Origin: Squalus acanthias
Lineage: Eukaryota
Reading direction: 5' to 3'
Assembly (NCBI GenBank): GCA_030390025.1
Contig: CM059431.1
Location: 112,284,001-112,348,000, forward strand
DNA length: 64,000 nucleotides
Notes under the pieces: generated by a model
What the model saw: the letters and a program-made list of their open reading frames with translations, nothing else
Databases searched by the model: none
Told to the model about the DNA's origin: nothing
Shown: piece by piece, positions 11,146 to 24,020 of the stretch
Numbering within the stretch: position 1 is the stretch's first letter
How the letters are laid out: every line of letters starts with the position of its first letter
Made by a program: the position numbers and the translations under genes

Positions 11146-11750
11146 CCCCCCCCCCCCGATAGTTTCTGAAGGGTCTACAGACCATAATCTATATCTTTCT
11201 TTCTTGCTTTGATTATTGTATCTGGTTTGCAGTCACTTTGGAATGTTTTGTGTGTTGCCATCATGGTTAGATGTTTCCTGTCAGCGGCAGCAGCCGTCAG
11301 GGGCGATACCAACTGCAGAAACGATCTTGTATGTGTCTGGATGTGGTAAAGCGTGAAGTACCAGCAGGCATGTGGTTTTCAGCACCATCAGCAATGGCAG
11401 AATTTCAACTGGAGTCAGGGAAAGAGCGGGGTGACTTTCTCTGAGGTAACTACTTTTTTTTTTAAATGAATAAAATTTAAGTTACATATTTTCCAAAACT
11501 GTTTACCTAATTGTCTAATTACGGAATTGGCAAACTGACTGCGGAGTTCTCGGAGGACCCATTACTTTGAGGACCTCAGCGGCGTTCCACTCTGAGGTAA
11601 CACTCTCTCTGAGGAGTCGCGCATCAGCCTCAGTGGAACCAAGGGGCTTCACAATCCTTTGCAGTCTGATCTTTGATGGTGTTGAGAAAGATCTGAGCAG
11701 CTACACATCCCAGAGCAGTGAGGATTTTTTTTTTATTGGTTTCTAACACA

Positions 11751-11982
11751 AAAATAAAAACCAAAATGGAAAATTCTGGAAATGCACAGCAGTCAGTGTC
11801 TGAAAAGAGACAAGCAAGGTTAATAGTTCAGATAGTTAGTTATCCTTTGATGAAGTTCTGTCAAAGAGTTGACACCTTAAAAAGTGATTTGTCTTTTCTC
11901 CTTTGATGGCATGTTGATGGAACTGCCGTGTATTCCTAAATGTTTTCTGATTCTATTTCGGATTTGCGAGCATTTGCAGTTT
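11751..11982. mobile_element. Highly decayed inverted pLTR pair of Penelope-like family B
   Basis: Left arm AAATTCTGGAAATGCACAGCAG..GAGACAAG..TTAA; right arm TTGTCTTTTCTC..GATG..GTGTATTCC..TTTTCTG; matches the 35111-35215 family in both orientations. Confidence 0.5.
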
Positions 11983-13195
11983 ACACATTAAACACAGAGC
12001 CAGGCTGCTCCACTGCTTTGCAGAATGTGATACAATAATGCCATAATTTAAACAAGTTTGATGGTTCCCCTTTGTTTTAACTGGGTGAAACCAGACCTCA
12101 GAGCGTCAAGGTTTTCCATTGTTTACTTTATCTGTCACACTTCAGGCGTCACAAGTTTACAATTTTGCAAATCCTGTGTTACACTTGCATCTGATTGGCT
12201 CAAATTCTATATTCAGAACTCAGTGACAAGTCACAGCTGAAGGAATAGACGGGCCCTAATATTTTTTTTCCATCAGAGGCCTGCGCCCTATCTGATTCAA
12301 TCTGCCATCAATTCGATTTCATCTTGAGCAACGCAGCAAAGCAGAGATTGCCACATTGTATGTCTATTCCGGTTAGATCCGTGCTGAAGTCCTGTTGGTA
12401 CCGGGTTTCAAACTGACCTAAGAAACTGCTTCATTTATGACCCCCGCCCCTAGCCTTCAGTGGAAAAGGAACTGCGTCTGGTTCATTTTCAGACTGCTGT
12501 CTCCTGATCTGGAACAATGGTTTTAAACAGTGTCCTCGTGCATTGAACTGTTTGCTACCCTACATACATATTCCTTCTAAAACTGAAAGTTGGCTTTTAG
12601 AATTTCTGTTAGAGGTTGTCTCTTAAGTTGCTTTTGTTTAAAGATAATTCAGCAGTGTTCTGGTAACTCATTTTCAATCTACAATACTTGTAGACAAATT
12701 ATAGTTTCTATCTAACTTCATTTAGCAGGGAATTCATTATTATGTTAAGACAATACTTTATCTTGAAGTGCAACTCTCGAACACAAATTAAGGTCAATTA
12801 TCCTTTACTGAAAGTTTTACTTAAAGAGCAGTCCTCAAGATCACTTTGCTGGACACCTTTAAGACATGAAGAAAAGAGAAAAATATGCTGCTATCCTAAG
12901 GAGCCAAGCTATTTATAAGCTGTTCAGCAGGGAATGTTTATATATTTTTCCACAAATGTAACGGATTATCAATATCTAGCACATGATGAAGCATGTGTCA
13001 TGCAGATGTTTATCTAAGGCCATGTAACATTGAACATTAGTATTATTATCTTCTGGGTGATTGTTAATTAGGACTTTTCATCCACCCTGAACAAGAAAGC
13101 TTCAAAGACTCTGAAGCTAGGCCACACCTCATAAATGCTCCATTATAAAGCAGCAGAAAACTGGCTCTAAAAATCAGATTACAAGCGTTTACAAT

Positions 13196-13410
13196 TACAT
13201 AGAAGGTACAGCACAGAAACAGGCCATTTGGCCTAACTAGTCCATGCTGGTGTTTATGCTCCACACGAGCCTCCTCCCACCCTACTTCATCTAACCCTAT
13301 CAACATAGCCTTCTATTCCTCTCTCCCTCATGTGTTTATCTGGCTTCCCCTTAAATGCATCCATGCTATTCGCCTTGTAGTGAGTTCCACATTCTAACCA
13401 CTCTCTGGGT
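13196..13410 (-). mobile_element. CR1 LINE 3' end (second family)
   Basis: CATAGAAGGTACAGCACAGAAACAGGCCATTTGGCC..TTCCACATTCTAACCACTCTCTGGGT. Confidence 0.75.
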
Positions 13411-13494
13411 GGTATATACCCAAGAGGTCCCTGCTCCTCCATCCCTTGATTTATTCTACATTGGAAGACAGTCAGAATTTCAACTCTGTGATAT

Positions 13495-14450
13495 ATAAGA
13501 ACATAAGAATTAGGAGCAGGAGTAGGTCATACGGCCCCTCGAGCCTTGACCATTCAATAAGATCAAGGCTGATCTTCGACCTCAACTCCACTTTCCCATC
13601 TGATCCTCATATCCCTTGATTTCCCCTTGAGTCCAAAAATCCATCAATCTCAGCCTTGAATATATTCAACAATTAAGCATCTACAGCCCTTTGGGGTAGA
13701 GAATTCCAAAGATTCGCAACCCTCTGAGTGAAGAAATTCCTCCTCATCTCAGTCTTAATTGCCCAACCACTTATCCTGAGACTATGCCCCCTAGTTCTAG
13801 ACTCTCCAGCCAGGGGAAACAACCTCTCAGCATCTACCTTGTCAATCCCCCTCAGAATCTTGTATGTTTCAATGAGATCACCTCTCATTCTTCTAAACTC
13901 TAGAGAGTATAGGCCCAATCTACTCAATCTCTCCTCATAGGACAACACTCTCATCCCAGGAATCAATCTAGTGAACCTTCGTTGCACCGCCTCTAAGGCA
14001 AGTATATCCTTCCTCAGATAAGGAAACCAAAACTGTGCACAGTACTCCAGGTGTCGTCTCACCAAAGCCCTGTACAATTGTAGCAAGACTTCCTTACTCT
14101 TGTACTCTAACCCCCTTGCAATAAAAGCAAATATGCCATTTACCTTCCTAATTGCTTGCTGTACCTGCATGCTAGCTCTTTATGTTTCCTGTACGAGGAG
14201 ACATAAATCTCTCTGAACACAAATATTTAATAGTTTCTCACCATTTAAGAAATATTCTGTTTTTCTATTCTTCCTACCAAAGTGAATAACCTCACATTTC
14301 CCCACATTATACTCCATCTGCCACCTTATTGCTCACTCACTTAACCCGTCTATATCCCTTAGCAGGTTCTTTGTCCTCCTCACAGCTTACTTTCCCACAT
14401 AGCTTTGTATCGTCAGCAAACCTGGATACATGAATACATTACACTCGGTG
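13495..14450 (-). mobile_element. CR1 LINE 3' fragment
   Basis: ORF 13673-14170 KEVLLQLYRALVRRHLEYCAQFW..FFTQRVANLWNSLP; FADDTK upstream. Confidence 0.92.
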
Positions 14451-15602
14451 GACAAGGTTCTGCTTCTTCTTGCTTTCTATTATTTCAACAGCACAAACCA
14501 GTTTCAGTTATTGCTCCAAAGATTAGACAACACGCAGGATTAATCAGTGGACACAAACCAGCTCTGTGTTTAATGTAGTATAAATCAACAGGGAGGGAAA
14601 CTTGCCAGAACCAGAGCACTACTGATGTGATGAAATCGATTGTACATCAAAAGCTTTTCCATTGTCTCTTCTATGAAATCAGTTCATGCCTAACTATTCC
14701 ACACACCAGCCTAACATCTCTGGTTCGTGGGGATCAGATTATTTCTGAAACCAGCACTTTTTGATTCTTGATATTGTGTGAAGCACCTCATGATACATGT
14801 AGCTGTGACCTGATTTTAAGAATCGGTTCTTTTGCTGTTTTATTGTAGAATATTCATGAAGTGTGTCCCAGTTTCAGAGACACTGGGGCTGTCTTGTTCA
14901 GGAAGGATTGAAAATCCTGATTAACTGTCATCTAGACATAATATGCGCTATGCATACACACGTAATAATGGCAACATTTTAAACTGACCTCTCTCCCACC
15001 AGCATTTTTTTTCTTAACCAGTTACAATTATTTAATCTTTGCTATAGTGTACTATAATCTTGAAGATTACTAGTACTTTTATATAGTTTGACACTAAATG
15101 AGTTTCTATGCGCCCCCCCCCTTCCCCAGTATGCATGGCAATCATAATAACAACAACAACTTGCATTTATATAGCATCTTTAATGTAGATAAAAGTCCCA
15201 AGGTCCTTGACAGACCCGTCACAATGAACTCTCAAACTATTCCGCAATCTGTATCATGGGCCCACGTCTGGAATGGTAGGTTTCCACAGATTACCATGAT
15301 GCATCAATCATTAGATAAACTCTTAAAATGGCACAATGTGCGGTGTAAACAAGATGTGTGATTCAACTCCGTGGTTACCAAAAGAAGGAAGCTGCCAGCG
15401 ATTGGGGCTCGGATAAATTCACAAGTTATGCGGCTGATGCAAGATTTGTATTCTGGGAAGCCGCTGATACCCAGAATTTTTCCGTTGCTTCTTCAAAGAA
15501 TCCCAGAACTGAGGTGACGGCCAACGGAAATGGTAGTGTGATCGAAGGGTGGCTCTCGGAAACTTTCTGCAGCATTCTCATCAGCATTTCAAAACATCAG
15601 AC

Positions 15603-16108
15603 TTTGGACCAGTAGTTTAGAGTCTTGGACTAATACATCAGAGACGTGCGTTCAAATCCCACCGTGGCAGCTTATGAATTTGAAATTGAGTTTAACTAAG
15701 TAAATCTGTAATAAAAAGCTGGTAATAGTAAAAGTGACCATTAAGCTGTTGGATGTCATAAAAATCCAAATGGTTCACTAAAGTCCTTTAGGGATAGAGA
15801 CCTGCCATCCTTACCCAGTCTGGTCTATATATGACTCCAGTCCCACATCAATGTGGTTGATTCTTAACTGCCCTCTGTTGTATCAAACCACTACAAATAG
15901 TATCTCCTCCAAGTCACACACCATCCTGACTTGAACATATATCGCCGTTCCTTCATCCTTGAACTCCCTACCTAACAGCACTGTGGGAATAACTTCACCG
16001 TTCAGACTGCAGTGTTTCAAGAAGAAGGCTTACCACTCCTTCTCAAGGGTAACTAGGGATGGGCAATAAATGCTAGCCATGCCAATATCCCAAGAATTAT
16101 TTTTTTTA
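15603..16108 (+). mobile_element. tRNA-headed bipartite SINE related to the LINE at 21033-24020
   Basis: Head with GTTCAAATCC B-box (about 15650); body AGGGA..CTGCCATCCTTACC..TGACTCCAG..AATGTGGTTGA.TCTTAACTGCCCTCTG; tail CAAGGG.AA.TAGGGATGGGCAATAAATGCT. Confidence 0.75.
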
Positions 16109-16659
16109 AAAGCTCAAGTTCTTAAGAGGATTTGACATGTGGAAACCAGATGTCTGTAGTGAACCCCCTGGGCTTTGCTGTTGTGATTTCTGATGCCATC
16201 TAAATGCAGTTTGGAAATTACTGCCATGCAACAATTTCTGATATATTCACTAGAGGATATATTTTTGTGCACAACAGATGCAAACTGGGTGGTAAGTTAG
16301 GGCAAAAGCCGAGCGTCCAAAATGTGGTGGTAGTGCACGGCCTAGTATTTCTGACCGGGCAATGCTGAGTGAACAGGACATTTGTGCTGCTCCAGACTTT
16401 AATTTTATGGATTTAGAGGCAACACCTCCCTGCCCAGTATTTTGTACTTTTTGGTGCCAATACTGCAATGTCATTAATGTGCCAGAACCATATTACAGGC
16501 ACAGAGCCAGTTACATTTTGTGGCATGTAATCTTTTGGTGATTCATGAGATGTTTGGTACCGTTGCATAGTCCTTCCTTGCCAGATTCCTTTAAGTGTGC
16601 CATCTTATACATCTGTTCCCAGGTCCTGCAAGTTGTGTACACTGTGTTGAACCTAGCTA

Positions 16660-16876
16660 AAATTCCCTCCCTAAACCTCTCCACCTCTCTACCTCACTCT
16701 CCTCCTTTAAGACGCTCCTTAAAAGTACCTTTTTGACTAAGTGCTTGCTCACCTGTCCTAATATCGCCTTATGTTGCTCGGTGTCAAATTTTGTCTGATA
16801 ATGCTCCTGTGAAGCGCCTTGGGACGTTTTACTACATTAAAGGTGCTATATAAATCCAAGTTGTTGTTGTTGTTGC
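16660..16876 (+). mobile_element. L2 LINE 3' end
   Basis: AATTCCCTCCCTAAACC..AAGGTGCTATATAAATCCAAG(TTG)n. Confidence 0.85.
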
Positions 16877-16929
16877 CAGCTGCTGCCAGAAATGGTGCCC
16901 TGCTGTTTTCTATGTAGTGAAGTGCAACA

Positions 16930-17340
16930 CAGAGTAACACTCCTTACATCCACCTTTTCATCCTATGTGCAATCGTTAACATTTGCAAGCAATGAATTTC
17001 ATCTCCCATCGTTCTGCCCAACATACATATTTTGCCCAATACATTCTGAAATTTCTGAGCTGTCTCCTTTGATGCCATTGCTCCTCCTCTTTCAGTATCA
17101 GCTGCAAATTAGATGAATTTGCAATGAGTTTCTGAAACCGTTAATCTAAATTAGAAACAGTGGTGGTTCTAACACAGAGCCCCGGGGCACCCGGCTCACA
17201 ACTTCGCCCAGCCGCCAAAAACTCCTCTAACAAATAACCGTTGTTCTGTGCCCTTCAGCCAATTACTCATCCATTCCTAAGATTTACCCTGAACCCCACA
17301 GCTTCGAGCTTTACAAGTAGCCTTTTGTGTGGAACTTTGT
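16930..17340 (-). mobile_element. Old CR1 RT fragment
   Basis: The reverse complement gives EVVSRVPRGSVLEPPLFL and FAADT-like motifs. Confidence 0.55.
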
Positions 17341-17782
17341 CCTTTGACCTACATTGGCTCCCGGTCTGGCATCACCTCAATTTTAAAATCCTCATCCTTG
17401 TTTTCAAATCCCTGCATAGCCTCACCCCTCCCTATCTCTGTAACCTCCTACAGCCCTCCGAGATCTCTGCGCTCCTCCAAATCTGGCCTCTTAAGCATCC
17501 CCTGATTTTAATCACTCCAGCATTGATGGCCGTGCTTTCAGCTGCTGAGGCCCTAAGCTCTGGAATTCTCTCCCTAAACCTCTCCGCCTCTCTATCTCTC
17601 TCTCTCCTCCTTTAAGATGCTCCTTAAAATCTACCTCTTTGACCAAGCTTTTGGTCATCTATCCCAATATCTCCTTATGTGGTCTGGTGTCATATTTTGT
17701 TTGTTAACGCTCGTGTGCAGCGTCTTGGGATGTTTTACTACGTTAAAGGGGCTACATAAATGCAAATTGTTGTTGTTGTTTG
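17341..17782 (+). mobile_element. L2 LINE 3' fragment
   Basis: DLHWLPVWHHLNFKILILVFKSLHSLTPPYL; (TTG)n tail. Confidence 0.9.
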
Positions 17783-18414
17783 TCAGATGCCATTTTAGAA
17801 GTCTAGGTGCATGCACACATTCCTTAAATTTTGGTGGCTAGCTTTTCTGCTTCCTCCTGTATAGGCCCAAATCTCCATTGGCAGCTCTGCATAATTATTC
17901 AAATGAGCTGAAGGAAAGAAAATGGGGGCAGTCAATTCACGGCGCTGCTGGGTAGTTTGCTGCGGCAATACAGCGCTTGTACCAGTAGCGGACAACGTCC
18001 GTTATCAGAACAGTCCACCCTCTTGTGGTTTGTTGTGTGTTAAGAGAATTCCTGGCCTCAGTAAATGCAAGATCACTCCACCTTTATGCCTGGGACAGCC
18101 CGAGGCTCAGAACACTGCAGTCGCTCACTCAGATTACATGATTCAGCAACATCGGTCCCAGTCTGTCTTCATTCTTAGGCATGCAGAGCTTCCCATGTCC
18201 CTACATTGGTCCTGTTATCTTTTCTGACTGCTGAAAGTCGAGTCATATCCTCCAGTGTAGTAGAAGGATGTCATAAACAAAGGAACTCCTGCATACAAAG
18301 TAAGTGCTGCCAGAAGTCACTCAGGCCACGTAGATGAATCCCACCAAGCACGGTATATTTGTTGAAATGGAAGTGCTGCAAGACTTTCCTCACAATGCTA
18401 TGGAAGGCTATGCA

Positions 18415-18775
18415 CAGAATCATAGAATCTTACAGCACAGAAGGAGGCCATTCAGCACATCGTGCCTGTGCCGGCTCTTTGAAAGAGCTTTCCAATTAGT
18501 CTCACTCCCCGCCCTTTCCCCATAGTCCTGCAATTTTTTTTCCTTTTCAAGTATAGATCCAATTCCCTTTTGAAAGGTATTATTGAATCTGCTTCCACCA
18601 CCCTTACAGGCAGCGCATTACAGATCATTAACAACTCGCTGTGGAAAGAAATTGTCTCTTCATCTCCCCCTCTGGTTCTTTGGCCAATTATCTTAACTCT
18701 GTATCCTCTGGTTACGGACCCGCCTGCCGCTGAAAACAGTTTCTCCTTATTTACTTTACCAAAATGCTTCATAAT
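18415..18775 (-). mobile_element. CR1 LINE 3' end
   Basis: KVNKEKLF..TRGYRVKIIG..CNALPVRVVEADSI..KRELD. Confidence 0.85.
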
Positions 18776-19204
18776 TGAGAAATGTGGTCTCTCACAGCAA
18801 ACAAAACCGGCTCGCAACAGGTTTGGCAGACTTTGCATTACAGGAGTAACACCAGAACTCCATTAAACAAAATGATGTGGATGAGGCTGCTTGCATTGTT
18901 AGCTCATCTATTTATACCAGCATAAGTCAGCTGCTTCAGGAGAGGGGAGGGCTAAAAATATTTAATGGGGTTCAGGATGAGACCTGTAATACAGAGCCAT
19001 CAAAATCTGTTTCTAGCTGCTTTCATTTTCTCCCTTGTGCAAGTCCAGTAATCTATGCACAGCCATCCACAAGATTGTGGGGTGATTTGTGTAACATTGC
19101 CATGTGGCATGCTTGGTAACAAATTGTGTGCTTTGTCCACACCAGCAGGAAGTTAATTGGATGAAAAAAGGAAGCTCTTGAAGACAAGACTTTCTTCTTT
19201 TCTA

Positions 19205-19510
19205 ACAGCAACTTGCAGTTACATAACGCCTTTAACATAGTAAAACATCCTATGGCGTTTCACAGGAGCGTTATCAGACAAAATTTGACCCTGAGCCACA
19301 TACAGAGATATTTGGACAGGTAGCCAAAAGTTTGGTCAAAGTGGTAGGTTTTAAGGAGCGTTTTAATGGAGGAGAGAGAGGCGGCGAGGTTTAGGGAGGG
19401 AATTCCAGAGCGTAGGGCCTAGGCAACAGAAGGCATGGCTGCCGATGGTGACGCGACTAAAATCGGGGATGCGCAAGAGGGCAGAATTGGTTCCAGATTG
19501 AAAAATGATC
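19205..19510 (-). mobile_element. L2 LINE 3' end
   Basis: LLRIPDFSRVTIGSHAFCCLGPTLWNSLPKP. Confidence 0.85.
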
Positions 19511-21032
19511 ACATGGTGAGATATTGGAAGTCTGCTGGCATCCATAGAATTTTTTTTTTTGTTTGGCTGGGTGTGTAAAATGTGCAGAACCCATCACCAT
19601 ACTTAAAAGTCTCAAGTTACTGAGAAAGTCATGCACCTGGAGTTTCTGGTGGCCCAATATCCAATGCACACCCTCTTGTAAGCCTAGAGAATTTATGCCC
19701 AGGCTTGGGGACCTAGCCTGGAGTTAAGTTGGATTAATTCTATACCTGTTGGGACCTTGATGCGGTACGTTTTGGTTGCATGAAATACTGACTAATTACT
19801 AAAAGAGCAGTAGAGAGAGGACACTCCTGTTTGGAACTGCAATTGCTCAGTATAGACAATATTCGAAATGGGTGGGAAGAAAGTGAAAAGCCTTTCCCAG
19901 ACAGGCAGCAGTGTTAATTCTGAAGTCAAATGCTCAGTTGTGCTTTGCCTCACTTGAGGCTCCGTTAGGGCGCAAAAAAGGGTCGTATTATTGTAAAGTG
20001 TCTTCCCGCTGCAGCAGTATTTACTCCGAAAGAAGTGCATAATTTTTCCTCTCTGCAGCAGATGATTTTTATTTTTAGCCGACAAAAATATTGTTGTGGT
20101 TCCCTGAAGGGGAGAGCAAATGCCGGCTTAACCAAACTATTTTCAGCAAACTATCAAGTGATATTTTCAAGGTTCTTCATTTACATTTTTTTTGCTGACA
20201 AAAAAGCGACATGAAGTAGCAATGCAGAGTTTACTTTACTCATTCTAAAGACCAGTAACTCCTGTGGGGATTATGCGTTTGCGACGTTCACAGCCATTAT
20301 TAAACTCCACAATCTTTAATATTACAGTGAGACTACCTACAAGTCAGCCACCTTGGTTTGTGCCTCGACCAGTTTGAATCTATATGACAAAATAGGAACT
20401 CTATTTCTTCTGGCCTATTTGCAGGCGTTCAGTGTTTTGTGGTATTGAAAGAATTTACTGGCATTGGTCAGAAAACCTCTGGATATTGACTAATTCTGGA
20501 ACTTCCTGAATGACATCTGGTATATGCATGAAGCCAGAAAACCTCAGCAATAGCACTCCAAAGAATATCTGCCTATTTGCTTAGCAGCTTATTTTCAAGG
20601 TTTATTGGCACTAAGTAGATGGTAAGTATCCATCTTTTGCCACCAAATGTTTTGTGATGAATTTTAATAATTTGTCAAGGAAGTAATGATTTAATTATCC
20701 ACTGATGTTGCATCTATTTGTCCAATGAACTAGTTATTAAAACGTCAAAATGAACTGACAAATTCATTACAAGGTAATTTGTCACAGCACAATTTCCTGT
20801 AAATAGCTTCAGTGAGCTCATCATAAAGGCATACACACAGCAATAGAGTGAGTTATGAATAATGTCTCCTGCATCACCCAGGCCTGTGATTGTTCACACT
20901 TGCTGCATTCTGCTTTCAATCCCCTTTTTATGCGGGAAACATTCTACTTAAAACAAATTAATATTTACAATATTCTTCCAAATTCCTAGCCTATCTTTCA
21001 GAATTAAATATAGCCATCATTGAATTTAAATA

Positions 21033-24020
21033 TTTTTTTATTCGTTCATGGGATGTGGGCGTCGCTGGCAAGGCCAGCATTTATTGCTCATCCCTAATTG
21101 CCCTTGAGAAGGTGGTGGTGAGCCGCCGCCTTGAACCGCTGCAGTCCGTGTGGTGAAGGTACTCCCACAGTGCTGTTAGGGAGGGAGTTCCAGGATTTTG
21201 ACCCAGCAACGATGAAGGAACTGCAATATACTTCCAAGTCAGGTTGGTGTGTGACTTGGAGGGGAACTTGGAGGTGGTGGTGGTGTTCCCATGCACCTGC
21301 TGCCCTTGTCCTTCTAGGTAGTAGATGTAGTGGGTTTGGGAGGTACTGCCAAAGAAGCCTTGGTGCGTTGCTGCAGTGCATCTTGTAGATGGTACATACG
21401 GCAACCACGGTGCGTCAGTGGTGGAGGGAGTGAATATTTAAGGTGAAGAATGGGGTGCCAATCAAGCGGGCTGCTTTGTCCTGGATGGTGTCGAGCTTCT
21501 TGAGTGTTGTTGGAGCTGCACTCATCCAGGCAAGTGGAGAGTATTCCATCACACTCCTTACTTGTACCTTGCAGATGATGGAAAGGCTTTGGGGAGTCAG
21601 GAGGTGAGACATTCGCCACAGAATACCTAGCCTCTGACCTGCTCTTGTTGCCACGGTATTTATGTGGCTGGTCCAGGTAAGTTTCTGGTCAATGGTGACC
21701 CCCAGGATGTTGATGGGGGATTCGGCAATGGTAATGCCGTTGAATGTCAAGGGGTGGTGGTTAGACTCTCGCTTGTTGGAGATAGTCATTGCCAGGCACT
21801 TGTGTGGCGCAAATGTTACTTGCCCCTTATCAGCCCAAGCCTGAACGTCATCCAGGTCCTGTTGCATGTGGGCATGGACTGCTTCATTATCTGAGGAGTT
21901 GTGAGTGGCACTGAACACTGTGCAGTCATCAGCGAACATCCCCATTTCTGACCTTATGTTGGAGGGAAGGTCATTGATGAAGCAGCTGAAGATGGTTGGG
22001 CCTAGGACGCTGCCCCGTGGAACTCCTGCTGCGATGTCCTGGGGCTGAGAGGGTTGACCCCCAACAACCACAATCATCTTCCTTTGTGCCAGGTATGACT
22101 CCAGCCAATGGAGAATTTTCTCTCTGACTCCGGAGCCAAGTGGTCCTGGCGGAACCCAAACTGGGCATCTGTGAGCAGGTTATTGGCGAGTAAGTGCTGC
22201 TTGATGGCACTGTCGATGACTCCTTCCATCACTTTGCTGATGATTGAGTGTAGACTGATGGGACGGTAATTGGCCGGATTGGATTTGTCCTGCTTTTTGT
22301 GGACAGGACATACCTGGGCAGTTTTCCACATTGTCGGATAGATGCCAGTGTTGTAGCTGTACTGGAACAGCTTGACGAGAGGCACGGCTTGTTCTGGAGC
22401 ACAAGTCTTCAGCACGATAGCCGGGATGTTGTCAGTGCCCATAGCCTTTGCTGTATCCAGTGCGCTCAGCTGTTTCTTGATATCACGTGGAGTGAATCGA
22501 CTTGGTTGAAGATTAGTTTCTGTGATGGTGGGGACCTCAGGAGGAGGCCGATATGGATCATCCATTCTGCACGTCTGGCTGAAGATGGTTGCAAACGCTT
22601 CAGCCTTGTCTTTTGCACTCACATGGTGGGCTCCACCATCATTGAGGATGGGGATATTCATGGAGCCCCCGCCTCCCGTTCGTTGTTTAATGGTCCACCA
22701 CCATTCATGACTGGATATGGCAGGAGTGCAGAGCTTTGATCTGATCCATTGATTGTGGGATCTCATAGCCCTGTCTATAGCATGCTGCTTCTGTTTTTTA
22801 GCATGCATGTAGTCCTGTGTTGCAGCTTTCCCAGGTTGGCACCTCTTTTTTAGATAAGCCTGGTGCTGCTCCTGGTATGCTCTTCTATACTCTTTATTGA
22901 ACCAGGGTTGGTCCCCTGGCTTGATGGTAATGGTAGAGTGAGGGATATGCCGGGCCATGAGGTTACAGATTATGGTGGAATACAATTCTGCTGCTGCTGA
23001 TGGCCCACAGCGCCTCATGGATGCCCAGTTTTGAGCTGCTAGCTCTGTGCTGAATCTATCCCATTTAGCACGGTGGTAGTGCCGCACAACACGATGGAGG
23101 GTGTCCTCGGTGTGAAGATGGGACTTCGTCTCCACAATGACTGTGGTGGTCACTGCTACCAATACTCTCATGGACAGATGCATCTGCGACAGGTAAATTG
23201 GTGAGGACGAGGTCAAGTAGGTTTTTCCCTTGTGTTGATTCTCTCTCCACCTGTCGCAGGCCCAGACTGGCAGCTATGTCCTTCAGGACTCGGCCAGTCA
23301 GGTCAGTAGTGGTGCTACCGAGCCACTCTTGGTGATGGACATTGAAGTCCCCCACCCAGAGTACATTCTGTGCTCTTGCTACTCTCAGTGCTTCTTCCAA
23401 GTGGTGTTCAACATGGAGGAGTACTGATTTCATCAGCTGAGGGAGGGCGGTAGGTGGTAAATCAACAGGAGGTTTCCTTGCCCATGCTTGACCTGAAGTC
23501 ATGAGACTTCATGGGGTCCGGAGTCAATGTTGAGGACTCCTAGGGCCACTCCTTCCCGACTGTATACCACTGTGCCACCACCCCTTGTGGGTCTGTCCTG
23601 CCAGTGGGACAGGACATACCTCGGGATGGTGATGGAGGAATTTGGGACATTGGCTGAAAGGTATGATTCTGTGAGTATGACTATGTCAGGTTGTTGCTTG
23701 ACTAGTCTGTGGGACAGCTCTCCCAATTTTGGCACAAGTCCCCAGATGTTGGTGAGGAGGACTTTGCAGGTTCGACTGGGCTGGGTGTGCCGTTGTCATA
23801 TCCGTAGCCGGTGTCGAGGTCGATGCCGGGTGGTCCGTTCGGTTTTATTCTTAAGTGTTTCGTAGCGGTTTGTTACAACTGAGTGGCTTGCTAGGCCATT
23901 TCAGAGGGCAGTTAAGAGTCAACCACATTGCTGTGGGTCGAGAGTCACATATTGGCCAGACCAGGTAAGGATGGCAGATTTCCTTCCCGACAATCCGATA
24001 GTTTCATGGTTACCATTACT
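21033..24020 (-). mobile_element. Near full-length APE-RT non-LTR retrotransposon (CR1/L2 super-group, Crack/Daphne-like), frameshifted, no ORF1 seen
   Basis: Endonuclease motifs KVLLTNIWGL, DIVILTESYL, WVGDFNVHH, LDLVLT, SDH; RT motifs NYRPISL, QFGFR, GVPRGSVLGP, FADD; deletion near 22130 removes the AFD motif; A-rich 3' end. Confidence 0.9.

Noticed and set aside
15358..15615. 85-aa ORF that looked protein-like
   Set aside because: Non-ATG start, no convincing splice sites or homology, and it runs into a SINE head.
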